Shown: positions 55,819 through 64,000 of the stretch, one piece after another
Layout of the letters: each line of letters opens with the position of its first letter
How positions within the stretch are numbered: the stretch's first letter is position 1
Source: a bacterium
Lineage (GTDB): Bacteria > UBA8248
DNA length: 64,000 nt
NCBI GenBank assembly: GCA_965221165.1
Contig: CBDCRP010000003.1
Coordinates: 480,001-544,000, forward strand
Direction of reading: 5' to 3'
Notes under the pieces: generated by a model
Seen by the model: only the letters and a program-made list of their open reading frames with translations
Told to the model about the DNA's origin: nothing
Database searches by the model: none
Made by a program: the position numbers and the translations under genes

Positions 55819-56973
55819 TCACGCCACTTCGGTGAGCTTGCGCCGTCCCGCCCCCGATGGCCTGAGCAGCCGGCCGCCCAGAACCACGTGCGTCGCCTCG
55901 AGCATCTGGTTTCCCTTGCGACGCGCCCCCAGGGAGTCCTCGAAAACGAACCTGCCCTCGCGCATCCGGAACACGGCCACGTCGCCCCTGGCGCCTTTTT
56001 TGAGCGTTCCCACCTTTCCTTTCAGGCCAATCCACTCGGCCGCCGTCTGTGTACTGAGCCGCACCACTTCCGCAAGGGGGAAGCCCAGAGCCAGAAACTT
56101 GCTCATGAGGCTTGGGAAATCATACACCGGACCATGGATGCAGTGCGTATGGAGGTCGGTGCTCAGATTCCCCGGCATCAGGCCCTGCGCCATGGCGCGC
56201 TCCATAATCTCGAAGCTGAAGCTCGAGCGCCCATGCGCCACGTCGAGCAGAACGCCGGAATCCCGCGCCTCCCACACCGCGCGGCGCACCCGTCCCCGTG
56301 TGTCGAGTATGTTCTCCCGCCTGCCGTGAAACGCGTGCGTAAGCACGTCCCCCGCGCGGAGGCGCTTCAAAATGCTCGGCAAAGAAGACGGCGTGTTCCC
56401 CACGTGCGCCATAAGCGGTACTTTCAGGAACTCCGATGCTTCGAGCGCCGCGTCCAGGGGTCTCATGCCGCTACGCTCCACCACGTCGTCGCTCAGGCGC
56501 ACCTTCATGCCGATGAGGTATTTCCGGTGCTTCTGGTAGCACGCCACGGCCCTGTCCACGCGCAGCGCGCGCATGTCGATGTTCTCGCCCAGGCCGTCGA
56601 TCAGGAGCCCGCCTTCCGAGATGTTCAGGTAAGCGCGCACCGTCGGACGGGCTTTATCGAGAAACCACTCCTGAAAACTCGGGTACGTCTGCGCTCCGGC
56701 GCTGCCCGTATCCACCGCCGTCGTCACGCCGCGCGAGAGCATGGTGGCCTCCAGGTTCACGCCGTAGTGCGTAAAACCCTCATAAAAATGGCAGTGGAGG
56801 TCGACCAGACCGGGGGTGACGATTTTTCCCCTGGCGTTCAGCGTCCGCCTGCCCCCCGGCTCGATGTGGGGGGCCACCCGCCTCACGCGGCCGCGCGCGA
56901 TTTCGACGTCCATCGTCCCTTCCAGACTCTGTGAGGGATCGACCACATACCCGCCGCGTATGACGAGGTCCAT
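55819..56973 (-). CDS. amidohydrolase/deacetylase family metallohydrolase (dihydroorotase-like)
   Basis: PGLVDLHCH, GVTTAVDTGSAG, GMKVR, MAHVG, GDVLTHAFHG, DVAHG..SF, STDLH; start trimmed to MDLVIRGG. Confidence 0.88.
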   Translation of the reverse strand: MDLVIRGGYVVDPSQSLEGTMDVEIARGRVRRVAPHIEPGGRRTLNARGKIVTPGLVDLHCHFYEGFTHYGVNLEATMLSRGVTTAVDTGSAGAQTYPSFQEWFLDKARPTVRAYLNISEGGLLIDGLGENIDMRALRVDRAVACYQKHRKYLIGMKVRLSDDVVERSGMRPLDAALEASEFLKVPLMAHVGNTPSSLPSILKRLRAGDVLTHAFHGRRENILDTRGRVRRAVWEARDSGVLLDVAHGRSSFSFEIMERAMAQGLMPGNLSTDLHTHCIHGPVYDFPSLMSKFLALGFPLAEVVRLSTQTAAEWIGLKGKVGTLKKGARGDVAVFRMREGRFVFEDSLGARRKGNQMLEATHVVLGGRLLRPSGAGRRKLTEVA

Positions 56974-57150
56974 GCGGAAAACTCCTTCGACGAAACGGGG
57001 CGCACGCCGTAAATATGGACGAGCGCCGGAGCGGTCAAAAAGCGGATTTGGACCATTATTCCCCCCGAAGCGTTGACATGCAATCGCCGCGGGGCGCTCA
57101 AGCGATGGGCCGGATAAATGAATCATTCAGAGGGGATGTAACAAGGAAAA

Positions 57151-57180
57151 TTGACAAAGTTAAAGTGATCTATTTATATT
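57151..57180 (+). promoter_or_regulatory. sigma70 promoter for the toxin-antitoxin pair
   Basis: TTGACA-18 nt-TATATT about 30 nt upstream of the ATG at 57213. Confidence 0.55.
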
Positions 57181-57212
57181 GCGAACATAGTTGCACATAC
57201 TGGAGAAGAGAA

Positions 57213-57392
57213 ATGGGGCGAAATACAGCGAAAAATCTTGAAGATGTCGCTTATGATGAAGTAGCGAAGGAACTTGAAGATGCCGTTGACGCCAAAATAG
57301 CCGAGAAAATTCTAAGCGATATTCAAGAAGGCCGTGAAAAACTCATATCAGGACAAGAATTAACCGAGACCCTTGATCGCATTATCAAATAG
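57213..57392 (+). CDS. putative short acidic antitoxin
   Basis: 59 aa, acidic, ELEDAVDAKIAE motif; GGAG upstream; stop overlaps the toxin start. Confidence 0.7.
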   Translation: MGRNTAKNLEDVAYDEVAKELEDAVDAKIAEKILSDIQEGREKLISGQELTETLDRIIK

Positions 57393-57652
57393 TGAATCCG
57401 TACGAAATCATATATACGGAGAGAGCCCTACATGCTCTCGAAAAACTGCCAACCAAAAAACTAAAGCGGCAAATAACGAACAAGATCGATAAATTGGTGG
57501 ACAGCGAGGCGCAAGGAGGAATAAGAGTCCGCGGGATTTCGAGCAATGTTTACCGGATAAGATCGGGTGATTATCGAATTCTGTATACCATTGATCGGGA
57601 TTTCAAAATCAACATTCTCGACATCGGGCACCGAAAAGACATCTCCCGTTAA
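57392..57652 (+). CDS. type II toxin, RelE/ParE family mRNA interferase
   Basis: YEIIYT.RA...LEKL, YRIRSGDYRILY.I, ILDIGHRKDI. Confidence 0.9.
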   Translation: MNPYEIIYTERALHALEKLPTKKLKRQITNKIDKLVDSEAQGGIRVRGISSNVYRIRSGDYRILYTIDRDFKINILDIGHRKDISR

Positions 57653-57774
57653 GATATGTTCTTCAATCGAATTATTTTGCCCCGATTCCATAACTAGCTC
57701 ATCCTGGATTCATAAGGCGTCTATCAATTTGCGTATCTCATTCCCATCCAAAACCAAACCGCTGGAGCCATGAA

Positions 57775-58947
57775 ATGAGCCTGCAAACGGAATCCACGCT
57801 GCAATTCGACCTCGACGAAACGCAAAAGATGCTTCGCCAGACGGTCCGCGAACTCTCGGAGCGCTACATCGCCCCGCGCGCCGCCGACATCGACGAGAAC
57901 GAGGAATACCCCGAAGACATCTACCAACTGCAAAAAGACCACGGCCTGCTCGGCATCTTCTTCCCCGAGGAATACTCAGGCGGCGGGATGGGCTTTCTGG
58001 GCGGCTGCATCGCCATCGAGGAGATCGCGCGCGTCTGCTCGAATTCTCCTCTTTTCATCGTGCTCAACATGCTCTCGAGCCGCGTCATCGACTTGAGCGG
58101 TACGCAGGAGCAGAAAAACCACTACATGACGGGCCTCGCCAAAGGCGAGTTGAGAGGCTCCTACGCCCTTACCGAACCTCACGCGGGCTCAGACGCCGGC
58201 AACATCCGAACGCGCGCCGTCAAGGAGGGCGACGAATGGGTCATTAACGGCACCAAGTGCTTCTGCACGGGGCCCGACAAGGCGGACTTCATCACCGTCG
58301 CCGCCAAGACCGACCCCCACGCGGGAACGCGCGGGATCACCTACTACATCATGCCCACCGACACGCCGGGCTTCAGCATCGCCAAGCACGAGCGCAAGAT
58401 GGGGATGCGGGGCATTGCAACCTGCATGCTGAATCTCGACAACGTGGCCGTCCCGCTCGAGAACCAGGTGGGTGAGTTGAACCAGGGTTTCAAGACCGCG
58501 ATGGTAGGCTTCAATCAGATGCGGCCCGCCATCGGCTCGCGCGCGGTGGGTCTGGCCCAGGGCTGTCTCGACTACGCGGCCAACTACGCCAAGGAGCGCG
58601 AGGCGTTTGGAAAGCCCATCGCCCAGCACCAGGCCGTGCAGTTCATACTCGCCGACATGTTCATGGACATCGAGGCGGCGCGGCTGCTCGTCTACCGCGC
58701 GGCGGCCATGGTGGATGCGGGGCAAATCGGCAAGGAGAACGCCAGGTATTTCTCGACGGCCAAGACCTATGCGGCCGACATGGCGATGAAGTGCGCGATA
58801 GACGGCATCCAGGTCCTGGGCGGGGCGGGCTACATGAAGGACCACCCGCTCGAACGATTCATGCGCGACGCCAAGCAGATCCAGATAGTCGAGGGAACGA
58901 GCCAGATACAGCGGATGATCATCGCCCGGAACCTGCTCGACCTCTAG
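57775..58947 (+). CDS. acyl-CoA dehydrogenase family protein
   Basis: ALTEPHAGSDA, INGTKCFCT, KMGMRG, REAFGKPI..HQ, QVLGGAGY, IVEGTSQIQR. Confidence 0.93.
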   Translation: MSLQTESTLQFDLDETQKMLRQTVRELSERYIAPRAADIDENEEYPEDIYQLQKDHGLLGIFFPEEYSGGGMGFLGGCIAIEEIARVCSNSPLFIVLNMLSSRVIDLSGTQEQKNHYMTGLAKGELRGSYALTEPHAGSDAGNIRTRAVKEGDEWVINGTKCFCTGPDKADFITVAAKTDPHAGTRGITYYIMPTDTPGFSIAKHERKMGMRGIATCMLNLDNVAVPLENQVGELNQGFKTAMVGFNQMRPAIGSRAVGLAQGCLDYAANYAKEREAFGKPIAQHQAVQFILADMFMDIEAARLLVYRAAAMVDAGQIGKENARYFSTAKTYAADMAMKCAIDGIQVLGGAGYMKDHPLERFMRDAKQIQIVEGTSQIQRMIIARNLLDL

Positions 58948-58959
58948 GAGCGCGCGGAG

Positions 58960-60126
58960 GTGACTGGAAAGCCAGGCTCTCAAGGCGCGTTCGAACTTAG
59001 CGAAGCCCAGCGTATGCTGGGCGAGACGGTGTATGAGCTGAGCCGACGCCACATCGCGCCGCGCGCCGCCGAAATCGATGAGAACGACGAATATCCCGAA
59101 GACGTCTTCGAGCTTCTGAAATCACACGACCTGCTCGGCCTCTATGTTCCCGAAGCCTATGGCGGGGCGGGGCTCGGCATCCTGGAAACTTGCGTCGCCA
59201 TCGAGCAGATGGCGCGGTTTTGCTCGAACTCTCCCCTATTCTTCTCCGTCCACCTGCTCGCCACGCGGCCCGTCGCCGGCGGCGGAAGCGAGGCGCAGAA
59301 AAACCGCTATCTTGCCGGCGTCGCCCGGGGCGAGTTGCGGCCCGCCTTCTCGCTCACCGAGCCGCACGCGGGTTCTGACGCCGCGAACATATCGACGAGG
59401 GCGGTCAAGGATGGGGATTCGTGGGTGATCAACGGCCATAAATGCTACTGCACGGGTTCGAGCGTGGCTGATTTCATCACCGTGGCGGCGAAGACGGAAC
59501 CTGATAAGGGGGCGAGGGGCATATCTTTTTTCATCGTTCCCAGGGGCGAGTTCCGCGTGGGCCGCCATGAGCGGAAGATGGGGATGCGGGGCATCCCGAC
59601 GTGTGAGATTTTCCTCGAAAAGGCGCGCGTTCCCTTGGAAAACATGATCGGCGAGCCGGGCCTTGGCTTCAAGACCGCCATGCTCGGCTTCAACCAGGCG
59701 CGGCCCGCCATCGGCGCGCGGGGCGTGGGCCTTGCGCAGGGGTGCCTCGATTACGCATCCGGGTACGCAAAGGAACGCGAGGCTTTTGGAAAACCCATCG
59801 CCCAGCACCAAGCCGTTCAATTCATGCTCGCCGACATGTTCATGGAAACCGAGGCGGCCCGTCTGCTCGTTTACCGCGCCGCCTCGATGGTGGATAATGG
59901 CGACTACCAAAAAGAACATGTGCATTTCATTTGCGCCGCGAAATGCTACGCCACCGACGTGGCCATGAAGGCCGCCGTGGACGGCGTTCAGGTCTTGGGC
60001 GGCGCGGGCTACATGAAAGACCATCCGCTCGAGCGGTTCATGAGAGACGCCAAGCAACTGCAAATCATCGAGGGAACCAACCAGATTCAGCGGATGGTCA
60101 TCGCCCAGAATTTATTAAGTTTATAG
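58960..60126 (+). CDS. acyl-CoA dehydrogenase family protein (paralog of the upstream gene)
   Basis: SLTEPHAGSDA, INGHKCYCT, KMGMRG, IIEGTNQIQR. Confidence 0.93.
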   Translation: MTGKPGSQGAFELSEAQRMLGETVYELSRRHIAPRAAEIDENDEYPEDVFELLKSHDLLGLYVPEAYGGAGLGILETCVAIEQMARFCSNSPLFFSVHLLATRPVAGGGSEAQKNRYLAGVARGELRPAFSLTEPHAGSDAANISTRAVKDGDSWVINGHKCYCTGSSVADFITVAAKTEPDKGARGISFFIVPRGEFRVGRHERKMGMRGIPTCEIFLEKARVPLENMIGEPGLGFKTAMLGFNQARPAIGARGVGLAQGCLDYASGYAKEREAFGKPIAQHQAVQFMLADMFMETEAARLLVYRAASMVDNGDYQKEHVHFICAAKCYATDVAMKAAVDGVQVLGGAGYMKDHPLERFMRDAKQLQIIEGTNQIQRMVIAQNLLSL

Positions 60127-60154
60127 TTCAAGTTCCCCATTACGGAGATTCGAG

Positions 60155-60763
60155 ATGAGCCAGATGATTGAAATCGTAAAACCCACCTCCTTCGTTCGCG
60201 CGGGCGACCACCCCCTGGCGGAGCGCCCCGAAGACCTGGGGGGACTCCGAATCGGCTTTTTCCACAACAACAAGCCCAACGCCGACGTTTTGCTGGAGCG
60301 AATCGAGGAGCTTTTCTCCCAACAAGACGAAACGCTGCGCTTTATCCGCTGGGGAAAGCCGAACCCGACCCTGCCGGAGGATCGCCTCGAAGAATTCCGC
60401 GAACAGGTGGACGTGGCCGTCTGCGCGGTGGGCGACTGAGGGAGTTGCACGTCATGGAGTATCCATGACTCGGTGGAGATGGAAAAGGCAGGCGTTCCGA
60501 CGGCCACGTTCTGCTCCAGTGAATTTTCGGCCCTGGGCGCGAACGAGAGAACGGCTTTGGGGATGCCCGGCCTTCCGATAGTCGTCGTGGCGCATCCGGT
60601 GGGGGGAATCGCGCCCGAAAAAGCGCGCGCTCTGGGAGACGGCGCGATGGAGGAGGTGCGGCGCATCCTCACGAGCGATGCCGAATCGCTCCGAAAGGAA
60701 TACCGGGAACGCGAATACGTCCCGCCCCGAAAGACGGTGCGCCACAAGGCGCTCTTCACATAG
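60155..60763 (+). CDS. UGSC-motif selenoprotein (Sec at TGA 60437-60439), 202 aa
   Basis: ORFs 60155-60439 and 60473-60763 are in frame; readthrough gives AVGD-U-GSCTSWSIHD..EMEKAGVPT (UxxC); SECIS-like hairpin follows. Confidence 0.88.
60451..60469 (+). promoter_or_regulatory. bacterial SECIS-like hairpin
   Basis: GTCATGGA-GTA-TCCATGAC: perfect 8-bp stem with apical G, starting 11 nt after the TGA. Confidence 0.75.
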
Positions 60764-60776
60764 GCGGGCCTACAAT

Positions 60777-61853
60777 ATGAACGACCACTCTCAGGAAAAT
60801 CTTGCACTTGAAAGCGAGCGCGTAAAGGTTCGCAACACGCCCGAGGCGCTCGCGCGCCTGCTCGAAGCGCGGGGATGGGGAGACGGCCTGCCCGTCGTCG
60901 CCCCTACGCCCGAGCGCGTCGCCCGAATGGTGGAGGGCGCAGGCCTGGCCCCTGATGCGGAAATCGGCCTCATGCCGCCCCGCCAGGGAGTCATCACCAT
61001 GGAGGCCCTCGCCGTGAACGCCGTGATGGCCGGCTGCCTTCCGGCGTACATGCCCGTTCTGGTGGCCGCGGTCCGGGCGGTGCTGGCGCCCGAGTTCTCG
61101 CTCCACGCGATTCAGGCGACGACCCACCCGGTGGCGCCTCTCATCATCGTGAACGGCCCGGTGGTGGAGGAAATAGGCTTGAACGCCGAATATGGATGCT
61201 TCGCCCCCGGCAACCGGGCGAACGCGACGATAGGCCGCGCGTTGCGCCTGGCGCTTTTGAACATCGGGGGCGCGAGCCCCGGCGTTCTGGATCGCGCCAC
61301 GCAAGGATCCCCTGCGAAATACGCGTTCTGCATCGCCGAGAACGAGGCGGCCTCCCCCTGGGAGCCGCTGCACGTAGAGCGCGGTTTTGCGCCCGAGGAG
61401 AGCGCGGTGACGCTGGTTGGCTGCGAGGGACCCCACAACGTCAACGATCACGTGAGCCACACGGCGGAGGGGATTCTCGCCACCGCCGCCGATACGATGT
61501 CCATCATGGGGAGCAACAATTTCTATCTGCGCGGAGAACCCGTTCTCGCGCTCGGCCCCGAGCACGCGGCGACCATCGCGGGGGACGGCCACACGAAAGC
61601 GGACGTGAAGCGGAGAATCGTCGAACTCGCCCGCAAGCCCGTGCGCCGGCTAAAGCTCGGCGCCATGTGGGGTATGCAGACCTGGGGCGAGGAGATAGCC
61701 AAAAACGAAGGCGATGATGATTTCGAGATTCCGCTTCTCGACGGGCCCCAAGACTTACTCCTCATCGTCACTGGCGGGGCCGGCAAGCACTCGTGCTACC
61801 TGCCCACCTTCGGCCCCACGCGCTCGGTGACCCGGCGGATCGAAAACGGCTGA
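60777..61853 (+). CDS. conserved hypothetical protein, partner of UGSC proteins
   Basis: GDGLPVVAPT, AVNAVMAGC, QATT, NRANATIGRALRL, AENE..SPWEPLHVERGF; starts 13 nt after the UGSC gene. Confidence 0.75.
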   Translation: MNDHSQENLALESERVKVRNTPEALARLLEARGWGDGLPVVAPTPERVARMVEGAGLAPDAEIGLMPPRQGVITMEALAVNAVMAGCLPAYMPVLVAAVRAVLAPEFSLHAIQATTHPVAPLIIVNGPVVEEIGLNAEYGCFAPGNRANATIGRALRLALLNIGGASPGVLDRATQGSPAKYAFCIAENEAASPWEPLHVERGFAPEESAVTLVGCEGPHNVNDHVSHTAEGILATAADTMSIMGSNNFYLRGEPVLALGPEHAATIAGDGHTKADVKRRIVELARKPVRRLKLGAMWGMQTWGEEIAKNEGDDDFEIPLLDGPQDLLLIVTGGAGKHSCYLPTFGPTRSVTRRIENG

Positions 61854-61892
61854 GAACAGAAGGGATTGTAATTCCCTGCCTTTCGTTTTTGC

Positions 61893-62060
61893 TCGTCATT
61901 CCGCAGTGTTTTCATGCGGAATCCAGCGACTTTGCTTTTCGCTTTCGCCTTTCGTGGTCAAACTCGACCGAAGAAGGAGGTATTGTTCCGACTGGAGAGG
62001 AGAAAATACCGCCATGTCGTCCTTCCCATCGGCTCTGGATTCCGGCATGCGCCGGAATGA
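61893..62060. repeat. inverted CGTC-type REP pair enclosing degenerate 30-nt hairpin copies
   Basis: cgtcattccgc...gcggaatccag and tggattccggcatgcgccggaatga (also at 26738); gtcaaactcgaccgaagaagga at 61957. Confidence 0.7.
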
Positions 62061-62220
62061 AGGCGTTCTATGATCAGTGCTTCCCTTATCGGTCGGAGCA
62101 ATCCCTCTCCCGTCGGAACAATCCACCCGTTTGCGTTGCCTCGTGTTCGACCCCGTGCTAGATTTTCGTTTCTAGGAAAGACGAGTATTCTTTTCTGATG
62201 AGATGCGAGAGGGAGAACCC

Positions 62221-62622
62221 ATGGGAAAACAACAAATTAACTCGGAGAAGGTAAAGCCGGTCGGCGCGTATTCCACGGGCTGGAAGGTATCGGACGGGCA
62301 TCTCATCATGCTGGCGGGACAGGTGGCGACCGACCTGGACGGAAACACGGTCGGGGGGGACGACATCAAGGCCCAGGCCCGGCAGGTGTACGAGAACATC
62401 AAAGCCGCGCTCGAGGCGGCGGGAGCGGGGATGGAGGACGTCATCCGCCTGACCGTCTACCTCACCGATCATGCGAATTTTCCGGGCAGCATGGAGGTGC
62501 GGCAAACCTATTTCAACGAACCGTATCCGGCGAGCACGCTTCTGATTGTGAGCGGCCTGGCGAAGTCCGAATGGCTCATCGAAATCGACGCGATCGCCTT
62601 CGTGGAAGACGAGAGCCCATGA
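62221..62622 (+). CDS. RidA/YjgF family protein
   Basis: PVGAYS, LAGQV, QARQVYENI..AL..AG, VYLTD, YPASTL..V.GL....LIEIDA (the position usually Arg in RidA reads Ser). Confidence 0.88.
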   Translation: MGKQQINSEKVKPVGAYSTGWKVSDGHLIMLAGQVATDLDGNTVGGDDIKAQARQVYENIKAALEAAGAGMEDVIRLTVYLTDHANFPGSMEVRQTYFNEPYPASTLLIVSGLAKSEWLIEIDAIAFVEDESP

Positions 62623-63473
62623 GGAGCCCGAGAACCATCGCCGAAGCGCTCGTGGTCGTCAAGGGAGGCGGCGACCTCGCCACCGGCGTGGCGCACCGCT
62701 TACACCGCGCGGGCTTTCCGGTCATGATCACCGAGATCGAGAACCCCACCATGGTCAGGCGCACCGTCTCCTTCGCCGAGTGTCTCTATGCGGATGCGTG
62801 GCATGTGGAGGGTGTAACCTCCATGCGGGCGGACGGCGAAACGCCTGCGGAGAAAGCAGCGAACGCGCGCGCCATCCTGGAAGCAGGTTCGATTCCGGTG
62901 ATGGTGGACCCGCGCGCCGAAACGATTCCCCTCGTTCAGCCCGCCGCTTTGGTCGATGCGATTCTGGCCAAGCGGAACCTCGGCACGCGCATGTCCGACG
63001 CCGAGGTCGTGGTCGGCCTGGGGCCCGGCTTCACCGCGGGCCTGGATTGCCACGCCGTCATCGAGACCTCCCGGGGACACGACCTGGGGCGGGTGATTCT
63101 GGAGGGCGCCGCGAAACCGAACACCGGCGTTCCCGGCCCCATCGGCGGCTACACGACCGAGCGGCTGCTGCGCGCGCCCCAGGCCGGCGTATTCACCTCC
63201 ATCGCCCGGATCGGCGACGCCGTGAGAGCGGGAGAAACCCTCGCCCGTGTGGACGGGGCGGAGGTCACCTCCGCCATCGACGGCGTTTTGCGCGGCCTCC
63301 TGAGGGACGGGGTCGAGGTGAGCGCGGGCTTCAAGGTGGGAGACGTCGACCCGAGGGCCGAGCCCGCCCACTGCCACACGATATCCGATAAATCGCGCGC
63401 CATCGGCGGCGGCGCGCTCGAGGCCATCATGATGTTCCTGTTCGGCGTTTCAGCCATGGAGTATGTGAATTGA
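62619..63473 (+). CDS. yqeB: selenium-dependent molybdenum hydroxylase system protein, YqeB family
   Basis: VVKGGGDLATGVA.RL, VRRTVSF, DAILAKRNLGT, GLGPGF, ETSRGHDLG, PNTGVPG, KVGDVDPR, ISDKSRAIGG. Confidence 0.9.
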   Translation: MRSPRTIAEALVVVKGGGDLATGVAHRLHRAGFPVMITEIENPTMVRRTVSFAECLYADAWHVEGVTSMRADGETPAEKAANARAILEAGSIPVMVDPRAETIPLVQPAALVDAILAKRNLGTRMSDAEVVVGLGPGFTAGLDCHAVIETSRGHDLGRVILEGAAKPNTGVPGPIGGYTTERLLRAPQAGVFTSIARIGDAVRAGETLARVDGAEVTSAIDGVLRGLLRDGVEVSAGFKVGDVDPRAEPAHCHTISDKSRAIGGGALEAIMMFLFGVSAMEYVN

Positions 63474-64000
63474 GCACTGAAATCTTGACGGAAACGGTGG
63501 AAAACGGCGCCTACCGCATCGGGCGCAGCAACATTCCGATCAACGAAGCGAACGGGAACTCCTTCGTTCCCCCCGCGCAGTTCTATCTGGCCGCGGGCGA
63601 TGCGCTCGAGCGCACCGCGTGGGCGGTGAGCCGGAACCTGCCCGTTCTCCTCGTGGGGGAAACCGGCGTCGGCAAGACGCTCTCGGTGCGCCACCTGGCC
63701 CACATGACCAACAACGGCTTCAGGCGCGTGAACCTGAACGGCATGACCACGGTCGATGAATTCGTGGGCAAGCTGATGATCAACGAACAGGGCACCTACT
63801 GGGTGAACGGCATTCTGGTCGACGCCATGCAATCGGGCGATTGGCTGCTCATCGACGAGATCAACGCGTGCCTGCCCGAAATCGCCTTTTGCCTGCACAG
63901 CCTGCTCGACGACGACCGCATGATCGTCTTGTCGGAATACGACGGCCGCATCGTCAAGCCCCATCCGAACTTCAGGCTTTTCGCCAGCATGAACCCCCAT
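63470..64000 (+). CDS. MoxR/CbbQ/NorQ-type AAA+ ATPase, truncated by window end (absent from ORF track)
   Basis: TTG start overlapping the yqeB TGA; PVLLVGETGVGKT (Walker A), WLLIDEIN (Walker B), HPNFRLFASMNP. Confidence 0.88.
   Translation, partial: MSTEILTETVENGAYRIGRSNIPINEANGNSFVPPAQFYLAAGDALERTAWAVSRNLPVLLVGETGVGKTLSVRHLAHMTNNGFRRVNLNGMTTVDEFVGKLMINEQGTYWVNGILVDAMQSGDWLLIDEINACLPEIAFCLHSLLDDDRMIVLSEYDGRIVKPHPNFRLFASMNPH

Noticed and set aside
55819-56973. Second dihydroorotase (pyrC)
   Set aside because: Motifs fit the deacetylase-like amidohydrolase subgroup; the true pyrC lies in the pyr operon
57653-57770. Possible minus-strand gene remnant after relE
   Set aside because: Short, interrupted by a stop codon, no recognisable motif

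Overview
GC-rich bacterial chromosome segment made mostly of housekeeping operons on the minus strand: trpEGDC, truA, uvrA, icd-mdh-fumAB-sucCD-ndk, lepAB, dgt, alkA, gdh, tal/fsa, pyrR-pyrB-pyrC-carA-carB, mfd-surA, rodZ and aroF. The gene order suggests a Deltaproteobacteria/Nitrospinota-like lineage, which is an unverified inference. Main observations: (1) A selenium locus at the right end. Two ORFs of the supplied track (60155-60439 and 60473-60763) join in frame across a TGA into one D-U-G-S-C selenoprotein with a SECIS-like hairpin 11 nt downstream. It sits between two paralogous acyl-CoA dehydrogenases and an uncharacterised partner protein, followed by RidA, YqeB and a MoxR/CbbQ-type AAA+ ATPase missing from the ORF track. 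(2) A dispersed 30-nt hairpin element with a conserved GACYGANGARGGA loop and stems that covary between copies. It occurs nested in GTAG-/CGTC-type REPs, in its own loop and around TGTTGAAAAA-ended MITE-like elements. (3) Three attenuators read from the sequence: a Trp leader before trpE, a Phe-rich leader before aroF, and a PyrR site before pyrR. (4) Two 10-bp-periodic T-tract arrays, one next to a perfect IHF consensus. (5) A small accessory islet (ATP-grasp-like protein, GT2, ParDE, frameshifted ankyrin protein) and a RelBE-type pair. Three single-base frameshifts within about 1.1 kb (ankyrin twice, carB once) may be assembly errors. No rRNA, tRNA, CRISPR array, transposase or integrase was recognised. 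All calls come from reading the sequence; no database search was run.
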